From: Candidatus Norongarragalinales archaeon
GTDB lineage: Archaea; Micrarchaeota; Micrarchaeia; Norongarragalinales; Norongarragalinaceae
Direction: 5' to 3'
DNA length: 64,000 nucleotides
NCBI GenBank assembly: GCA_038884755.1
Contig: JAWABJ010000001.1
Span: 256,001-320,000 of the forward strand
Below, piece by piece: positions 54,701 to 62,334 of the stretch. Numbering within the stretch: position 1 is the first letter of the stretch; every line of letters begins with the position of its first letter. The notes below the pieces were generated by a model that was given only the letters and a program-made list of their open reading frames with translations, was not told the DNA's origin and made no database searches. The position numbers and the translations under genes were made by a program.

Positions 54701-54829
54701 AGAAAAGAGATACAAATAGCCTATTGCAAGCAGCACGAGCAGCGCGAGGGGAATTGCCCATGGCGGGATTCCCTTTTCTTCCAGCGAGTAGGAAAAGTTT
54801 TCCCACCACTCGCGCACTCCTTCAAGCAT
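45716..54829 (-). CDS. Giant membrane-anchored surface protein D (about 3040 aa): beta repeats, degenerate cupredoxin insert, novel repeats, Gly/Ala hydrophobic C-terminal region
   Basis: Half leader (LEEKGIP) + TM, carboxypeptidase-regulatory-like repeats, shared WVD...RS.F...R.P.D core. Confidence 0.85.
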   Translation of the reverse strand: MLEGVREWWENFSYSLEEKGIPPWAIPLALLVLLAIGYLYLFSPGQQAGSVSVKVFSAAGDPISGASVTLQGNGVSETQKTGSSGEAFFEKIPPGEYRGAVYSTDAVFPDAGSFSISVANNELSQKSVYSQAVQTRKVSLSASVDGPEAAKIQLYDDSGNIVGERFGKTAFFSVEPNSQYTLKASADGFEDETVEVSVGQSDSPAKRITLLPTGEEKNGVLYVGVFDTIGVDGNPIQNASVTVFDAATNEKLLSLNTGEAGTTEPQQLALGRQVKIVVEAKGFAREAKTISIAAETEEKFRLAESAEPEGFFLRVVDGNDDAVADAAVQLLSEKTVVGEKTTRADGSADFDGVEKTKSFSAMAFKTGFLPAFKERVSSGEQLALEKADESNSATITVKVVDAAGQGVSEASVILQDDRGRPIGFPARQTGVDGIQGWENVPYKKTVAVASKDGRVGKSKAFTPRQGAEIQITLPKTQGTVLATVSDQFTLQPVPNAVINLVSESGAVAKCSTNSKGECAAKIMEGKTFARITAEGFEEFQSSEFKVPPSTEAKQNFHIISTSAVQAGLYFQGLFDLQGNRVKNLLSPFTTYNAKYSLASGGLEFNYANAHVRIGSQDEPLENLPAVISSYKTVGVVQRGIDYSQASSFLPPLQQQAQNKIIITENAFVPANAIVQAGDTVNWVSQDDNAHSINADDGSFASPQLRRGSTFSRTFNQEGVFYYSDGLKPSTRASVTVVAKKTSSAQQQTQTKGVKWVDYSIPTFKGTKEITIQIKTTASTGSFALEHRSAFNLPGGLLRKPEDPQAGQGKNELLAETQQSGVFEISTQGYCDKTSCVQYWFDNGKQTLEAKYPDEFNLHVKIYSETTQPLTLSGDNAVQVKSLSPVKGEEGEGTVQGNSASITLEQQGGIAEAVAKFQPRKLASDASIKLKAGAIEKTIRLRVVSKEKLSLRETHSPKELVALEQAKLVFSVTDSAGFPVDGATVSFNGIQFSETKEGTYEAAVTPDFVGDGEFQIAKEGFEVLKGTVRVKTPESMVRIQPEAIQAVLSQPSTAVNLKLENLLKNQVTVSSAIVETIEDPQHTAFEIKVQAKAKTQEAEPALKPRESKDFTLNASLKTIPFAARPTRLRESLKGHAVFVFTVGGFSKEQRVPLQIETDYQQKTLDSLWSIETPTVEFVLSPSNPTAEKKVRLSSESPLPLLAGFDLKEPGLFADPASIVIEPNGMGEFTLKKTLLPEQASDCFALSAGGEQKLSIAVSFQGIVSKKDLTLKTTFAQTQNCKPENAVELTLPFSTDLMLAKSVQAKENADGSVAMRVGGETLAFDTGASISEEKDRITIPTGTKFYLAPQRVSKQANTARFSLPVDARMEMPSNAEVKNNNQGGFSVLMPRSIASFPAAVVLGTEGGRTVAVIPKGTTVEFINLAEETKNPNAPGGGDQWIDPRLLNPMPFDPIELSLPVEFLMRFPQGSMVIDPQKTQQQASNIPGAWNYYAQYYPQNVRGVFYPPQNRFAFSSEAQIKQATGGLVEVLVPRDSQFFVPAGVARVDKDIILVTFPVPVELRFPSNSIVVQDANTKRKNTVKAADDVAVQFAFDVQLNAQGGGAKSVIVPPFSTVAFLKGATASVIEDPNTYSKCDFEITTAEEVIVDIPSGAKVFETSKPKIALLPQCTKVTVKTKDREEKELVTTPKVKRIEAGEFRHSGNSLFVPEKTSVKFKVCNPEKSDEESKRASITFAKESALSLPANYRDRVKSGEIAFGGKHKEILVVDEGVKYNVGRTDKLSITPKDKLVIPDKADSDGRILVGVPAQSKLSFIPTCEEASGDFLVRGTIPMSITEETGSAKELDAMTITLNNSLLQGLSGTQSNDFQKIIYVSNPGSTEYAVTAIRADGEAVKAFRKGSFTRTTEQGQQAVIAPFKQGEEQVMLLFYIPEEAIQPSSSGFGSCIKEDKQYVYEGNVVFDMQQKEEQDEKKLKTKVILDAKVVPCTAKAIEEQTKDLNLIVDGTGSSAPGAEGGIDLQGDKLFSFKNAGHKRYYAYSNNLNEPLQLSFPNDGQQISCFYYDNARGASVAGGKILAKGESIFLECEAKHASASDYKIIAKGARTGEERVKTLKVQVFTPPAGSESLYPSTPIGTLWVGATGEKPTPTPSPVAGAQLKKKQVQCDPGFNYAYCQNNFCTYDSAINAICNFMSVASMKFDAETNDTSSVKTVCTNLPWKMSFVLHLSNTRAAADLDDAMKQMAEQIGRQSKFKEFKVSEQAKIDFTGCGAYLVEAHLNPAASGGFCEFDPKKIEGGKKPLQIEFRSQKLMSCEETLANAPLLMPADDLFVYTGNEIIESPVNMRFNGLPDFIEIGKYSEKADANDYKMAGQIVSSMYSLSPQVFDNLNTNGFVDSSKPFFDDGALCEANVQGMKNALAIGWHGGTAAACASAFIPGPQQGFIARLCANLILYNVETLSSCGIVKGVSASNACTGTDFCTHLRFVMYPQAFIDAGFGGPASAAFRQIALRALGSATFTYVSSAITGSVEDPTAVYGGSNIAAVTGGSFGRQTGAFTAVALSPVTGAVIEGYASDYFAAQRLDELVAKSTLTGSESEEMRYLYNEFFRSGRQSHQFNFGEITPDVKNRILSDVERKATARITQEGTALVPYRAIVRRPNMLPVPYQRYLPVPFLPQEIPAAGASSAAGQAATSARASYYSYYRAATNPGGVFSTTKNAYERINNNFFNINYGNQNFGTVHGGQNIGGPTGGGAGAGGAAPATGGTPQQVETGGAPTQPVSTPQVQKPRGIARIGRLLAQYAPTALLSLITNVQSEPVEAPLAERVTNYLVSMHFAENGNPSTVAYCYYDPATKKCDKEKRLCFTQQACEGKEACLYVKKLDIPYSGVVQKGEKIPAYAMFFIDASGGSYDYIELFDSLFAPDVEPTFQGNVEAELTEKEIGAPCDYSQEGDSEETAAGDAREQAQGSVETLAAIANGDASFDAVKNARQTLDEMQSQGLVIVEKTPSGEEILSVQVVEGKEEEAASKAKIALENTANQMRERNA

Positions 54830-54854
54830 GTGAATCAATCACTGTTCCATACTT

Positions 54855-54880
54855 AAACCCCACGCCTTTAGGCGTTGGGA
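54855..54880. repeat. Intergenic hairpin resembling an IS200/IS605 subterminal palindrome
   Basis: CCCCACGCC-TTTA-GGCGTTGGG. Confidence 0.5.
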
Positions 54881-54891
54881 TAGCCGACTTC

Positions 54892-57800
54892 TTATCTTCC
54901 GACGGCGCACGCTTCGGCGTTTGAGACCGAGCTTTCGCTTGCTTGCAACTGGCACGTGAGCGGAGGTGCTTTTTCGTCGAGCAGGTATTTCAACGCCGCC
55001 AGCACGGACTTGAGCGAGTTTTGCGCGTCGAGCTTGACTGGGTTGTCCGCGTCTACTTTAAACATCACTGTCAATTCGAATTCAGGAGTGGCTGAAGGCT
55101 TTTCGTCAAGCTTCTTTTCCACGAGGTTGGGTGAAAGCTTGGGTTGCACGTATTGAAACCCTTCGTAGGCTTTAGGCGTGGGTGTAGGGCGGGGTGAAGG
55201 CAGGGGGCTTGGAGACGGGGAGGGCAACGGCGTTGCAGAAGGGCTGGGGGCCGGAGGCGCGATTGGTTTTATCGAAATCGAGCTTTCGTTTCCCGCCTTC
55301 AAGACTACTTTCACGGTTTTTTCAGTCGCTAGCGCGTTGCTTTTGATCGCTTCTTTCACTTGCGCCGAAAGCGCTTCCTTGCTCAACTCTTGCTTGAAGA
55401 ATTCCGCGAGTTGCGCTTGTTGCGCGTTGGAGAAAACGGAAAGGAAGTCTTTAGTGTCTATTTCGTCGGCAAAGCCGTACTTGTTCATGGTTAGGAGGTT
55501 GGGGCTACCGCCGTCTCCCTTCAATTCCGCCGGGTTTCCGGCCTTCAAGTAAGGCATTCCGCTTGCTGCAAATCCGGAAGACGACTTGTCGGTGCGCTTG
55601 TAGTCTTGCGTTCCAAAACCGTAAGTGCCTTTCAGCTCCACTATGACCGCGTCGTCGTTCAAAGGAGTTTGGAACTGCGCGTCAGAGTAAGAATAATCGA
55701 ACGGGTTTCCTGCGTCGAACCCTGGGCCGAATTGGAACGGGTTGTTGTATAAAGCGCCCGGCACGCACCTTCCCATTCCAACGCTAGGGTCGAACTGGCA
55801 TTGGTTGGGGAACGGGCATGTGGACTGGTCTCCTGGAACACATTGGCTTCCGAATCCTTGCATTCCGAAAAAGTCGTCGGGATAGCCTCCAGACTGGTGC
55901 AACCCAATGCTTTCGCTGGGTTGGAACGAGTATACCACGAACCCGCCTTTTTCTCCGGCAATTTTAACGGGAACGTTGATGAGCGTGTCGAGATTGCGGA
56001 AAATGCGGTGGTTGACTTGTATGGGCGCCCTGCCTGGAAGAATGTATTGCGTCACGAGCCTGCGCGCGAGGGTGTTGAGATAACCGCCGGGAAGCCCGAC
56101 CGAACCGCTTGTCGCGTAGCTCGCAAGGTTCAAAACTTCAGAATCGCAAGTCGCGGCGAGAAAGCCGCTTGCGAAAGCGTCTCCCATGTTCAAAGGCAGT
56201 TCTTGAGGCGAGAGCCTGTTTGAAGCGCAGCGTTGCCTCAAGTCCCCGATGGGGTCTTCGCCCGCTTTCTTGCAAGCTTCGTACGCTATAAGCCCGGCAA
56301 GATAATCTTGCAAGGCTGAAGTCATGGCGGTTTCAAGCATCACGCGGTCGTAGTCGAACGCTTGCGTGAACGAAACGGAGTCCATGGTTCCAGTTATTTT
56401 CCTCAAGTCTTCCGAAATCTCTTCCTTCAACGCTTGCTCGAAATCCTTGTTGTTTTCAATAAAACAGAATTCCTGTCCAGTGCAAGCGCTTACTGCATCC
56501 ACGCCGGTTCGCGCGTTGCCCACTGCGTCGAAAGAAGCTTTTTCAATGTTGTTCTGGATTGTTTTGATGTTTGGCTGCGTTTTAGTGCCTATTTTGAACT
56601 CGTAGCCTTCGGCAGGAAAGCCCACTGCAACGCTTGCAATGTCTTTGGCGGGAATCTTCGCGTCGCCCACTTCCACGCTTTCAAACTGCAGGTTGTTGGC
56701 GATTACTGCTGGTTCGACCGCGTTGTTCACGCGCGTCGCTATGCCGTTCAAGCTTTGAAAGTTGGGTGCCGAAGCAATCGCGTACTTCGAACTCTCTCCC
56801 TCGATTTTTAGAACTATATCAAGTTTTACGGCTTGCCCGAGGTTGGACGCGTCGCGGATTGTCAGCGTGAGTTCGTTACGCCCTTGCGCGGGCGTGAGCG
56901 TAACGCCTTTCTCTTGGTCGTAAGAGTACTCCGCGCACCCTGGCTGGTCGGGCTCGAACAAAACTACGAGCGTGGCGTACTGCCCTCCGGGCAGTCTGAA
57001 CGCGCCGCTGATGGTTTTCCGCGCGAAATCGCCTATTTTTGCCAGCCCGATGTTTTCGACTTTCCTTATGCTGAAGCACTGGGGCTTTTTAGTTTCGGTA
57101 GCGATTTGAGTGTTGAATCCCAACGCGTTTTTAAGGGATAGTGCGATGCCGTTGCTCGGAACGAGCGGGGAAACTTTCTTGGTGCAAACGAGCTTTCCGT
57201 TTTGTATTTCACAGTCTGGGCTCGCGCGTTCGATTTGGAAGAACGGAGGGCGCGGAATGCGCACAATTCGGTTTGTGGCGCTTGCTGCGAGCGCGCGGTC
57301 GTTGCGGTTGGGGTTGAAAATGCGTTGTGCGCTCATGAATCCCAAGCGCGACGCGAGCAGCGAGCCCAAATCAAAGCGTTGCGCAGCGCAAAAATCTGCG
57401 GTCTTGTTTTCCTGGGTTTTCCTCTGCTCGCATCTTTTGAATTGGTTGTTTTCGTAAACCGCCTTGCAAGCGCCTTGGTTTTGCAGGTTTATGCACTGCC
57501 CTTCGTTGCAAGCGGTGCAGTTTTCTTTCGAGCATGCTCCTGGAGAAGGCGTGGGGGAAGGTTCTCCCAAGCTCGCGCAGTCAACCACGAAATTGGTTTC
57601 CGCGAATCCAGCAGACCCGCTTCCTTCAAGAACGCTGTTGAACGCCAGGCTGCAGTCGGTGTTCTTGATTGGCCTCACCCTCACTTGCGTTTTCTCATTC
57701 TGTCCCGCCTTGCCTTTCTTCATGGTGAACGGCGAGCGGGGCGGCTGCAAGACTTCGACGCACTGGCTTTCGTTGCTCCCGCCGGAAACTTGGTAGTGGA

Positions 57801-60800
57801 CTTGCGCTTCGACCGGAATGGTTTTAGTCAAAAGCAGTTGCACTCCGCTGTTGCAGGCTGTCGCGCCTGAAACGAAAACGTCCGTCGGCTCGACGTTCAA
57901 AAAGTTCGTTGAAACTACTGGCACGTCGCGCGACTGGGCTTTGGCGAATTCAACTCCCGCGTCTGCTTCGACTGCGAAAGTCCCTACAGTTCTCGGGAAA
58001 ACGCTTTTGAAGACGTAAATGCCGTTCTTGCCCGAGTCTTTCTGCCCGTCTCCAGCAAGAGTGTTTCCGCCGTTGGGAAATCCCAAGAACGGGTGGGTTT
58101 CGCCAGTTTCTATGATAGTGAGCACCGCGTTTTCAATTGGCCTTCCTTGCGCTGTAGTGAGCGTGACACGAAGGGGCTGGAATTCAGGGTCGTTCGGGGG
58201 AACGTTCGCTTCCATGACTTGAGGCGTTACGGTCAAAACCATTTGTCCAGTTCCAGTAAACTCGAGCACCGCGTCTGTTGCTGCAATCGGCCCGCCGTCG
58301 TCGGCAAACTCGGCTTTCACTGGCATGTAGTTTCCAGGAGCGCGTGCGTTCGCGATTGTCGAAACAGTTGCTTCCCCATCCACAAGAGCAGGCTGGTGCA
58401 ACTGTTTTTCTATTTCAAGCTTGTTCGACGTTGTGGAAAACCTTGCGATGGGGTTTTCTACCGTTTCGGGCGCGAAGGCTTTGACTTTCGCTTCGAGCAA
58501 AACCTGCTTTCCGAATTCCACGCTCAAAAACCGCGAGGACGTTTTGTTGTCGCTTTTCAGCGTAAGCGTAATGCAGCCTTTGTCGGTGCACTTTTGAAAC
58601 CCTTGCGTAACCTTGTATTCGGAGCTTAGGGTTTCAGCAAAACAATGTTCTTTTGCCGGAACGTTTTCTTTAGTCCCAAGCTCTGCGTCTTCAGGCACTC
58701 TCGCCCACAAGCCGTTCTTGACTGCGAAAGCGCGGTAGCGAAAGTCTATCTTTTCGTTCGCTATTGCCGTGGGGCGAATGCGTATTTTGGCGGAAAGCGT
58801 TTTCACGCCGACTTTTCCAGACGGGTATGAAAACGAAACCCATTTTCTTTCCGAACCGCTTTGCTGTTGCGCCTCTTGCAGGCAAGTGTTTTCTTGGTTG
58901 AAAGTGTTTCCAAAGTCTATTTGCGCGCGGTCTTCCTGCGGCGGCCTGTCGAACGAAGCGATGAACGCCTTTTCTTCGGCAATCGCCTGCTTGTCGCCCA
59001 CCCGCAAGTAAAACCCTGTCTTCTGGGCTTGCGGGAAGCTCACGACGAGCGAAGCCTTGTACCATCCTCCCCTTTCCAGTTCTGTTGCAGAGTGTTCGGC
59101 GTCCAAAACCCCGCTTCCGGTGGAATCCATCTTGTACAAGGAAAAGTTGAGTATTTGCACGTCTTTCGCAAGGTTGGAAGGAAGCATGAGAATGGTTTTC
59201 GCCAGCTCTTGGCCTGTTGCGAGCGTAAGCTCTTCGCTTTGCGTGACTGCATAGCCGTCCGCTTCGGCTTTCAAGAGGACGGGAACGTTGGCGTAGACCG
59301 AGAGGTTGCAGTAAGAACCGTTGGAAGGAGTGTTGCATGACGCTATAGCCTGGTCTTTGTAGAACGCGGTTATGGTTGTGTTTTCAACGAAAGTCTGTTG
59401 CGATTGCGAATAATCTTGCGCGCGTGCGAGTATTCTCGCGAAATTCCTGTCGAGCGTGACTTCAATGGCGGTGGTTTCGCCGGCTTGCACTGCGAAAACG
59501 TCGCTCGAACCACTTTGCGAGCCGAAAATAGCGTGCGCCTTCATTTGCTTGTCCGACTCGACTTCGCTCAACAGCGCGATGCCGTCGCTGTCGGTTTCAG
59601 TTGCCGGATACCCCAAGTTGAACCCGTCTTCAGAAACGAGTTCAACGCTCGCGCCCGCGACAAGCTGGCCGTCGGCATTCCTGACTTTAACTTCAAGCTC
59701 TCCGTTGTTGCCCGCGACTGCTTCGACCAACGACATTTTAGTCGATTCGCCCGCTCGCAGTTGCCTGCTGGTTTTAGGGAGAAAGCCGTCGGCAAAGGCG
59801 GTGGCGTAAAAGTTTTGCGATTTTGAAACTTCGAATTCCGCAATTCCAAATTCATTAGTGTTTTTGTCGTCGATTGTTTTGAACGGCTTTGCGAACAGGA
59901 ACAGCTTTACTTCCGCGTTCCCAAGAGGCTCTCCAGCCTCGTCCGTAACTTGAATAGTGAGCTTGGAATAATCTATAGGCAGCTCGTTGTTCTGTTTTTT
60001 CTTGAGAGAAACGACGAATTCAGTGTTCTTGTCCCCGCGGACGGCTTGAACGTCGTTATTTTCAGCGCCCCTGTAAGGAGCGAAATCGTCGTGCTCTGCA
60101 TTAACGTAAATGCTTACGCCTACAACAACGCTTTCCTGGAAGAAAACCGTTCCCTGCGGGTCGGTGTACCCGCCGGTAATCGCTTCCGAATACCCGTCGG
60201 CGTTGTAGAGCGAAACGAACGCGTTTTCAACCGGGTTTCCTTTCTCATCCTTGACGTGAACGACTATGCTCCCTTTAACTTGTTCTTGTACCACGCTCGC
60301 CTTAAGGGGAATCAGGCATTCTTTTTGCGAGGGAATGCAGTTTTTGAATTCAGACTCGAACCCTTCAGCAGTAACGCGAAGGCGGAAGACCGCGTCTTGG
60401 TTGGAGTAGGTTATTTCGGCTTCGCCCAGGGCGTTGGTGGGATACTGCTGGAGGCTTCCGGTTTCAGGGTCGGAGAAAGTTACGAGAGCGTCGGGAACCG
60501 GGTCGCCTTCGAGGCTTGCGACCACCACCTTGAACGTTTTGGTGGAAGGCTCGAGCATCGCGATTATTTTCTTTCCCGTAAGCACGACTTTCTTTTCGTA
60601 CTTTCCCGAAGGGTGTTGGATTGAAAGCTCGGCAGTCGCGTCTTTGGGAAGTCCTTCTAAGCGGGCGACGCCGTTCTTGCTTATGGCAGAAAATTCCTTG
60701 CCGTCTTCGAGCGTGAGGAGCACGCGCGCGCCGGTGACAGGCTCGTTGCTTTCGCTCAAAACAGTTACTTCCACTGCAACCGTGTTTCCGAACGGAAGTC

Positions 60801-61005
60801 CGAACGAAGAGCCCGCGAGAACGAAAGCAATTCCGCCTATTATTACGGCCAGGAGGAGTATGAAGAACGGGAACGACGGGACTCCGCGGTCTTCGATAGG
60901 GTTTACAAACCAATCGTAAATTTTCAGTCCTTTGCCTTGCAGCCAGTCGCAGAACGCGTAGTACTTGTCTTCAATCGAGAAATAGAATTTCGACAAAGGA
61001 TTCAT
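54892..61005 (-). CDS. Giant membrane-anchored surface protein C (2037 aa)
   Basis: EDKYYAFCDWLQGKGLKIYDWFVNPIEDRGVPS + TM, beta repeats, core domain, Cys clusters, PSPSP linkers. Confidence 0.85.
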   Translation of the reverse strand: MNPLSKFYFSIEDKYYAFCDWLQGKGLKIYDWFVNPIEDRGVPSFPFFILLLAVIIGGIAFVLAGSSFGLPFGNTVAVEVTVLSESNEPVTGARVLLTLEDGKEFSAISKNGVARLEGLPKDATAELSIQHPSGKYEKKVVLTGKKIIAMLEPSTKTFKVVVASLEGDPVPDALVTFSDPETGSLQQYPTNALGEAEITYSNQDAVFRLRVTAEGFESEFKNCIPSQKECLIPLKASVVQEQVKGSIVVHVKDEKGNPVENAFVSLYNADGYSEAITGGYTDPQGTVFFQESVVVGVSIYVNAEHDDFAPYRGAENNDVQAVRGDKNTEFVVSLKKKQNNELPIDYSKLTIQVTDEAGEPLGNAEVKLFLFAKPFKTIDDKNTNEFGIAEFEVSKSQNFYATAFADGFLPKTSRQLRAGESTKMSLVEAVAGNNGELEVKVRNADGQLVAGASVELVSEDGFNLGYPATETDSDGIALLSEVESDKQMKAHAIFGSQSGSSDVFAVQAGETTAIEVTLDRNFARILARAQDYSQSQQTFVENTTITAFYKDQAIASCNTPSNGSYCNLSVYANVPVLLKAEADGYAVTQSEELTLATGQELAKTILMLPSNLAKDVQILNFSLYKMDSTGSGVLDAEHSATELERGGWYKASLVVSFPQAQKTGFYLRVGDKQAIAEEKAFIASFDRPPQEDRAQIDFGNTFNQENTCLQEAQQQSGSERKWVSFSYPSGKVGVKTLSAKIRIRPTAIANEKIDFRYRAFAVKNGLWARVPEDAELGTKENVPAKEHCFAETLSSEYKVTQGFQKCTDKGCITLTLKSDNKTSSRFLSVEFGKQVLLEAKVKAFAPETVENPIARFSTTSNKLEIEKQLHQPALVDGEATVSTIANARAPGNYMPVKAEFADDGGPIAATDAVLEFTGTGQMVLTVTPQVMEANVPPNDPEFQPLRVTLTTAQGRPIENAVLTIIETGETHPFLGFPNGGNTLAGDGQKDSGKNGIYVFKSVFPRTVGTFAVEADAGVEFAKAQSRDVPVVSTNFLNVEPTDVFVSGATACNSGVQLLLTKTIPVEAQVHYQVSGGSNESQCVEVLQPPRSPFTMKKGKAGQNEKTQVRVRPIKNTDCSLAFNSVLEGSGSAGFAETNFVVDCASLGEPSPTPSPGACSKENCTACNEGQCINLQNQGACKAVYENNQFKRCEQRKTQENKTADFCAAQRFDLGSLLASRLGFMSAQRIFNPNRNDRALAASATNRIVRIPRPPFFQIERASPDCEIQNGKLVCTKKVSPLVPSNGIALSLKNALGFNTQIATETKKPQCFSIRKVENIGLAKIGDFARKTISGAFRLPGGQYATLVVLFEPDQPGCAEYSYDQEKGVTLTPAQGRNELTLTIRDASNLGQAVKLDIVLKIEGESSKYAIASAPNFQSLNGIATRVNNAVEPAVIANNLQFESVEVGDAKIPAKDIASVAVGFPAEGYEFKIGTKTQPNIKTIQNNIEKASFDAVGNARTGVDAVSACTGQEFCFIENNKDFEQALKEEISEDLRKITGTMDSVSFTQAFDYDRVMLETAMTSALQDYLAGLIAYEACKKAGEDPIGDLRQRCASNRLSPQELPLNMGDAFASGFLAATCDSEVLNLASYATSGSVGLPGGYLNTLARRLVTQYILPGRAPIQVNHRIFRNLDTLINVPVKIAGEKGGFVVYSFQPSESIGLHQSGGYPDDFFGMQGFGSQCVPGDQSTCPFPNQCQFDPSVGMGRCVPGALYNNPFQFGPGFDAGNPFDYSYSDAQFQTPLNDDAVIVELKGTYGFGTQDYKRTDKSSSGFAASGMPYLKAGNPAELKGDGGSPNLLTMNKYGFADEIDTKDFLSVFSNAQQAQLAEFFKQELSKEALSAQVKEAIKSNALATEKTVKVVLKAGNESSISIKPIAPPAPSPSATPLPSPSPSPLPSPRPTPTPKAYEGFQYVQPKLSPNLVEKKLDEKPSATPEFELTVMFKVDADNPVKLDAQNSLKSVLAALKYLLDEKAPPLTCQLQASESSVSNAEACAVGR

Positions 61006-61185
61006 TTTTTAGCTCAAGCCCCCGTTCTCTTTTTATTCCAACAAATAGGCGTTTTTCGTTTTTAAATAACTTTGGAAACGGGGAAAGGAAAAGTTCCACC
61101 TGCCAGGCCGCCGGTTTTTACACCGACGAACCCAGCGGGCGAATGGTTGGCAAAGAGCGCAAAAAAGAAAAAAGGGGAGAAAAAC

Positions 61186-62256
61186 CTAGAAGTCGATGGA
61201 CGAGAGTCCAACGGCTTCGTTTACGCCGCGCCTTTCGCGTTCCTTGTGCGAAAGCACGTGCGGAGAGGTTACGCCAGTGATTACGCTCGTGACGATTATC
61301 TTGTCTCCCATTTCGGGAATCACGCGCGCTCCCCACTTTACGTAAGCATTGCCGTCGAACGACTCGGTAATGCCTTCTCCTATGCTAATGGCGTCACCGA
61401 GAGTGAGCGTGGAACCTCCTTGAATCAAGACCAACGCGCCTTTGCTTCCGGCGTAGTCGACGTCCAACAGCGGGTGCGCCAGGCTGCTTTGCACTGCTTG
61501 TTCCACGCGCTGGCTGCCTGTGCCTTCGCCTATGGAAATCATGGCATCGCCTGCGTTGCCCATTATCATGCGCAAGTCGGCGAAGTCAATGTTCACGAGT
61601 GAAGGAAGCATGACTGTGTCGGTAATGCCTTTCACTGCTTTCGCAACCAACGTGTCAGCAACTGCAAACGCTTGGTTCATCGGCAAGTTCGGGACGAATT
61701 CTACGAGCTTGTTGTTGTCGATTATCACCGTGGTGTCGCAGTTTTCGCGCAACGCATCCAAACCCCAGTCTGCTTTCGTCAAACGCGCGCGTTCCAAGGC
61801 AAAGGGATACGTGACCATGGAAACGACTATCGCGCCTTGTTCCTTGGCGACTTGCGCGACTACTGGCGCTGCGCCCGTTCCCGTCCCTCCGCCCATTCCA
61901 GCAGTGATGAAAACGAGTTCGCTTCCGGACAGAGCTTCGGCGATTTTCTCGCGGCTTTGCTCGGCTGCCTTTTGCCCGACTTCTGGAAATCCTCCCGCGC
62001 CCAATCCCCTGGTAAGCTGCGCTCCTATCAAGAACCTGCGGTCGGCTTCGATCATTTGCAAGTGCTTTTGGTCGGTGTTGATTGCAATGGTCTTGGCGCT
62101 TTGGATGCCCATCTTGTGCAGGCGGTGGACAGAATTCGTTCCTGCCCCTCCTACTCCAACCACGCTTATTTGTATTTTCGAAGCTTCGAAAGCCTTGCCT
62201 TCTCCAGCTGCTGGCGAGGTTTTCAACGCGTCTTCAATCAAACTGTTCATTTTCAC
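61186..62256 (-). CDS. ftsZ: Cell division protein FtsZ (FtsZ2-like)
   Basis: GVGGAG.N, GLGAGG.P, GMGGGTGTGAAP, N.DFAD. Confidence 0.97.
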   Translation of the reverse strand: MKMNSLIEDALKTSPAAGEGKAFEASKIQISVVGVGGAGTNSVHRLHKMGIQSAKTIAINTDQKHLQMIEADRRFLIGAQLTRGLGAGGFPEVGQKAAEQSREKIAEALSGSELVFITAGMGGGTGTGAAPVVAQVAKEQGAIVVSMVTYPFALERARLTKADWGLDALRENCDTTVIIDNNKLVEFVPNLPMNQAFAVADTLVAKAVKGITDTVMLPSLVNIDFADLRMIMGNAGDAMISIGEGTGSQRVEQAVQSSLAHPLLDVDYAGSKGALVLIQGGSTLTLGDAISIGEGITESFDGNAYVKWGARVIPEMGDKIIVTSVITGVTSPHVLSHKERERRGVNEAVGLSSIDF

Positions 62257-62334
62257 ATCATCTCCGGCGGGTTTCTTTTTTTTTCAAACACTTTTTTTCT
62301 GAAAAAACAAAAAGAAAAGGGAAAATCGGCTTTC

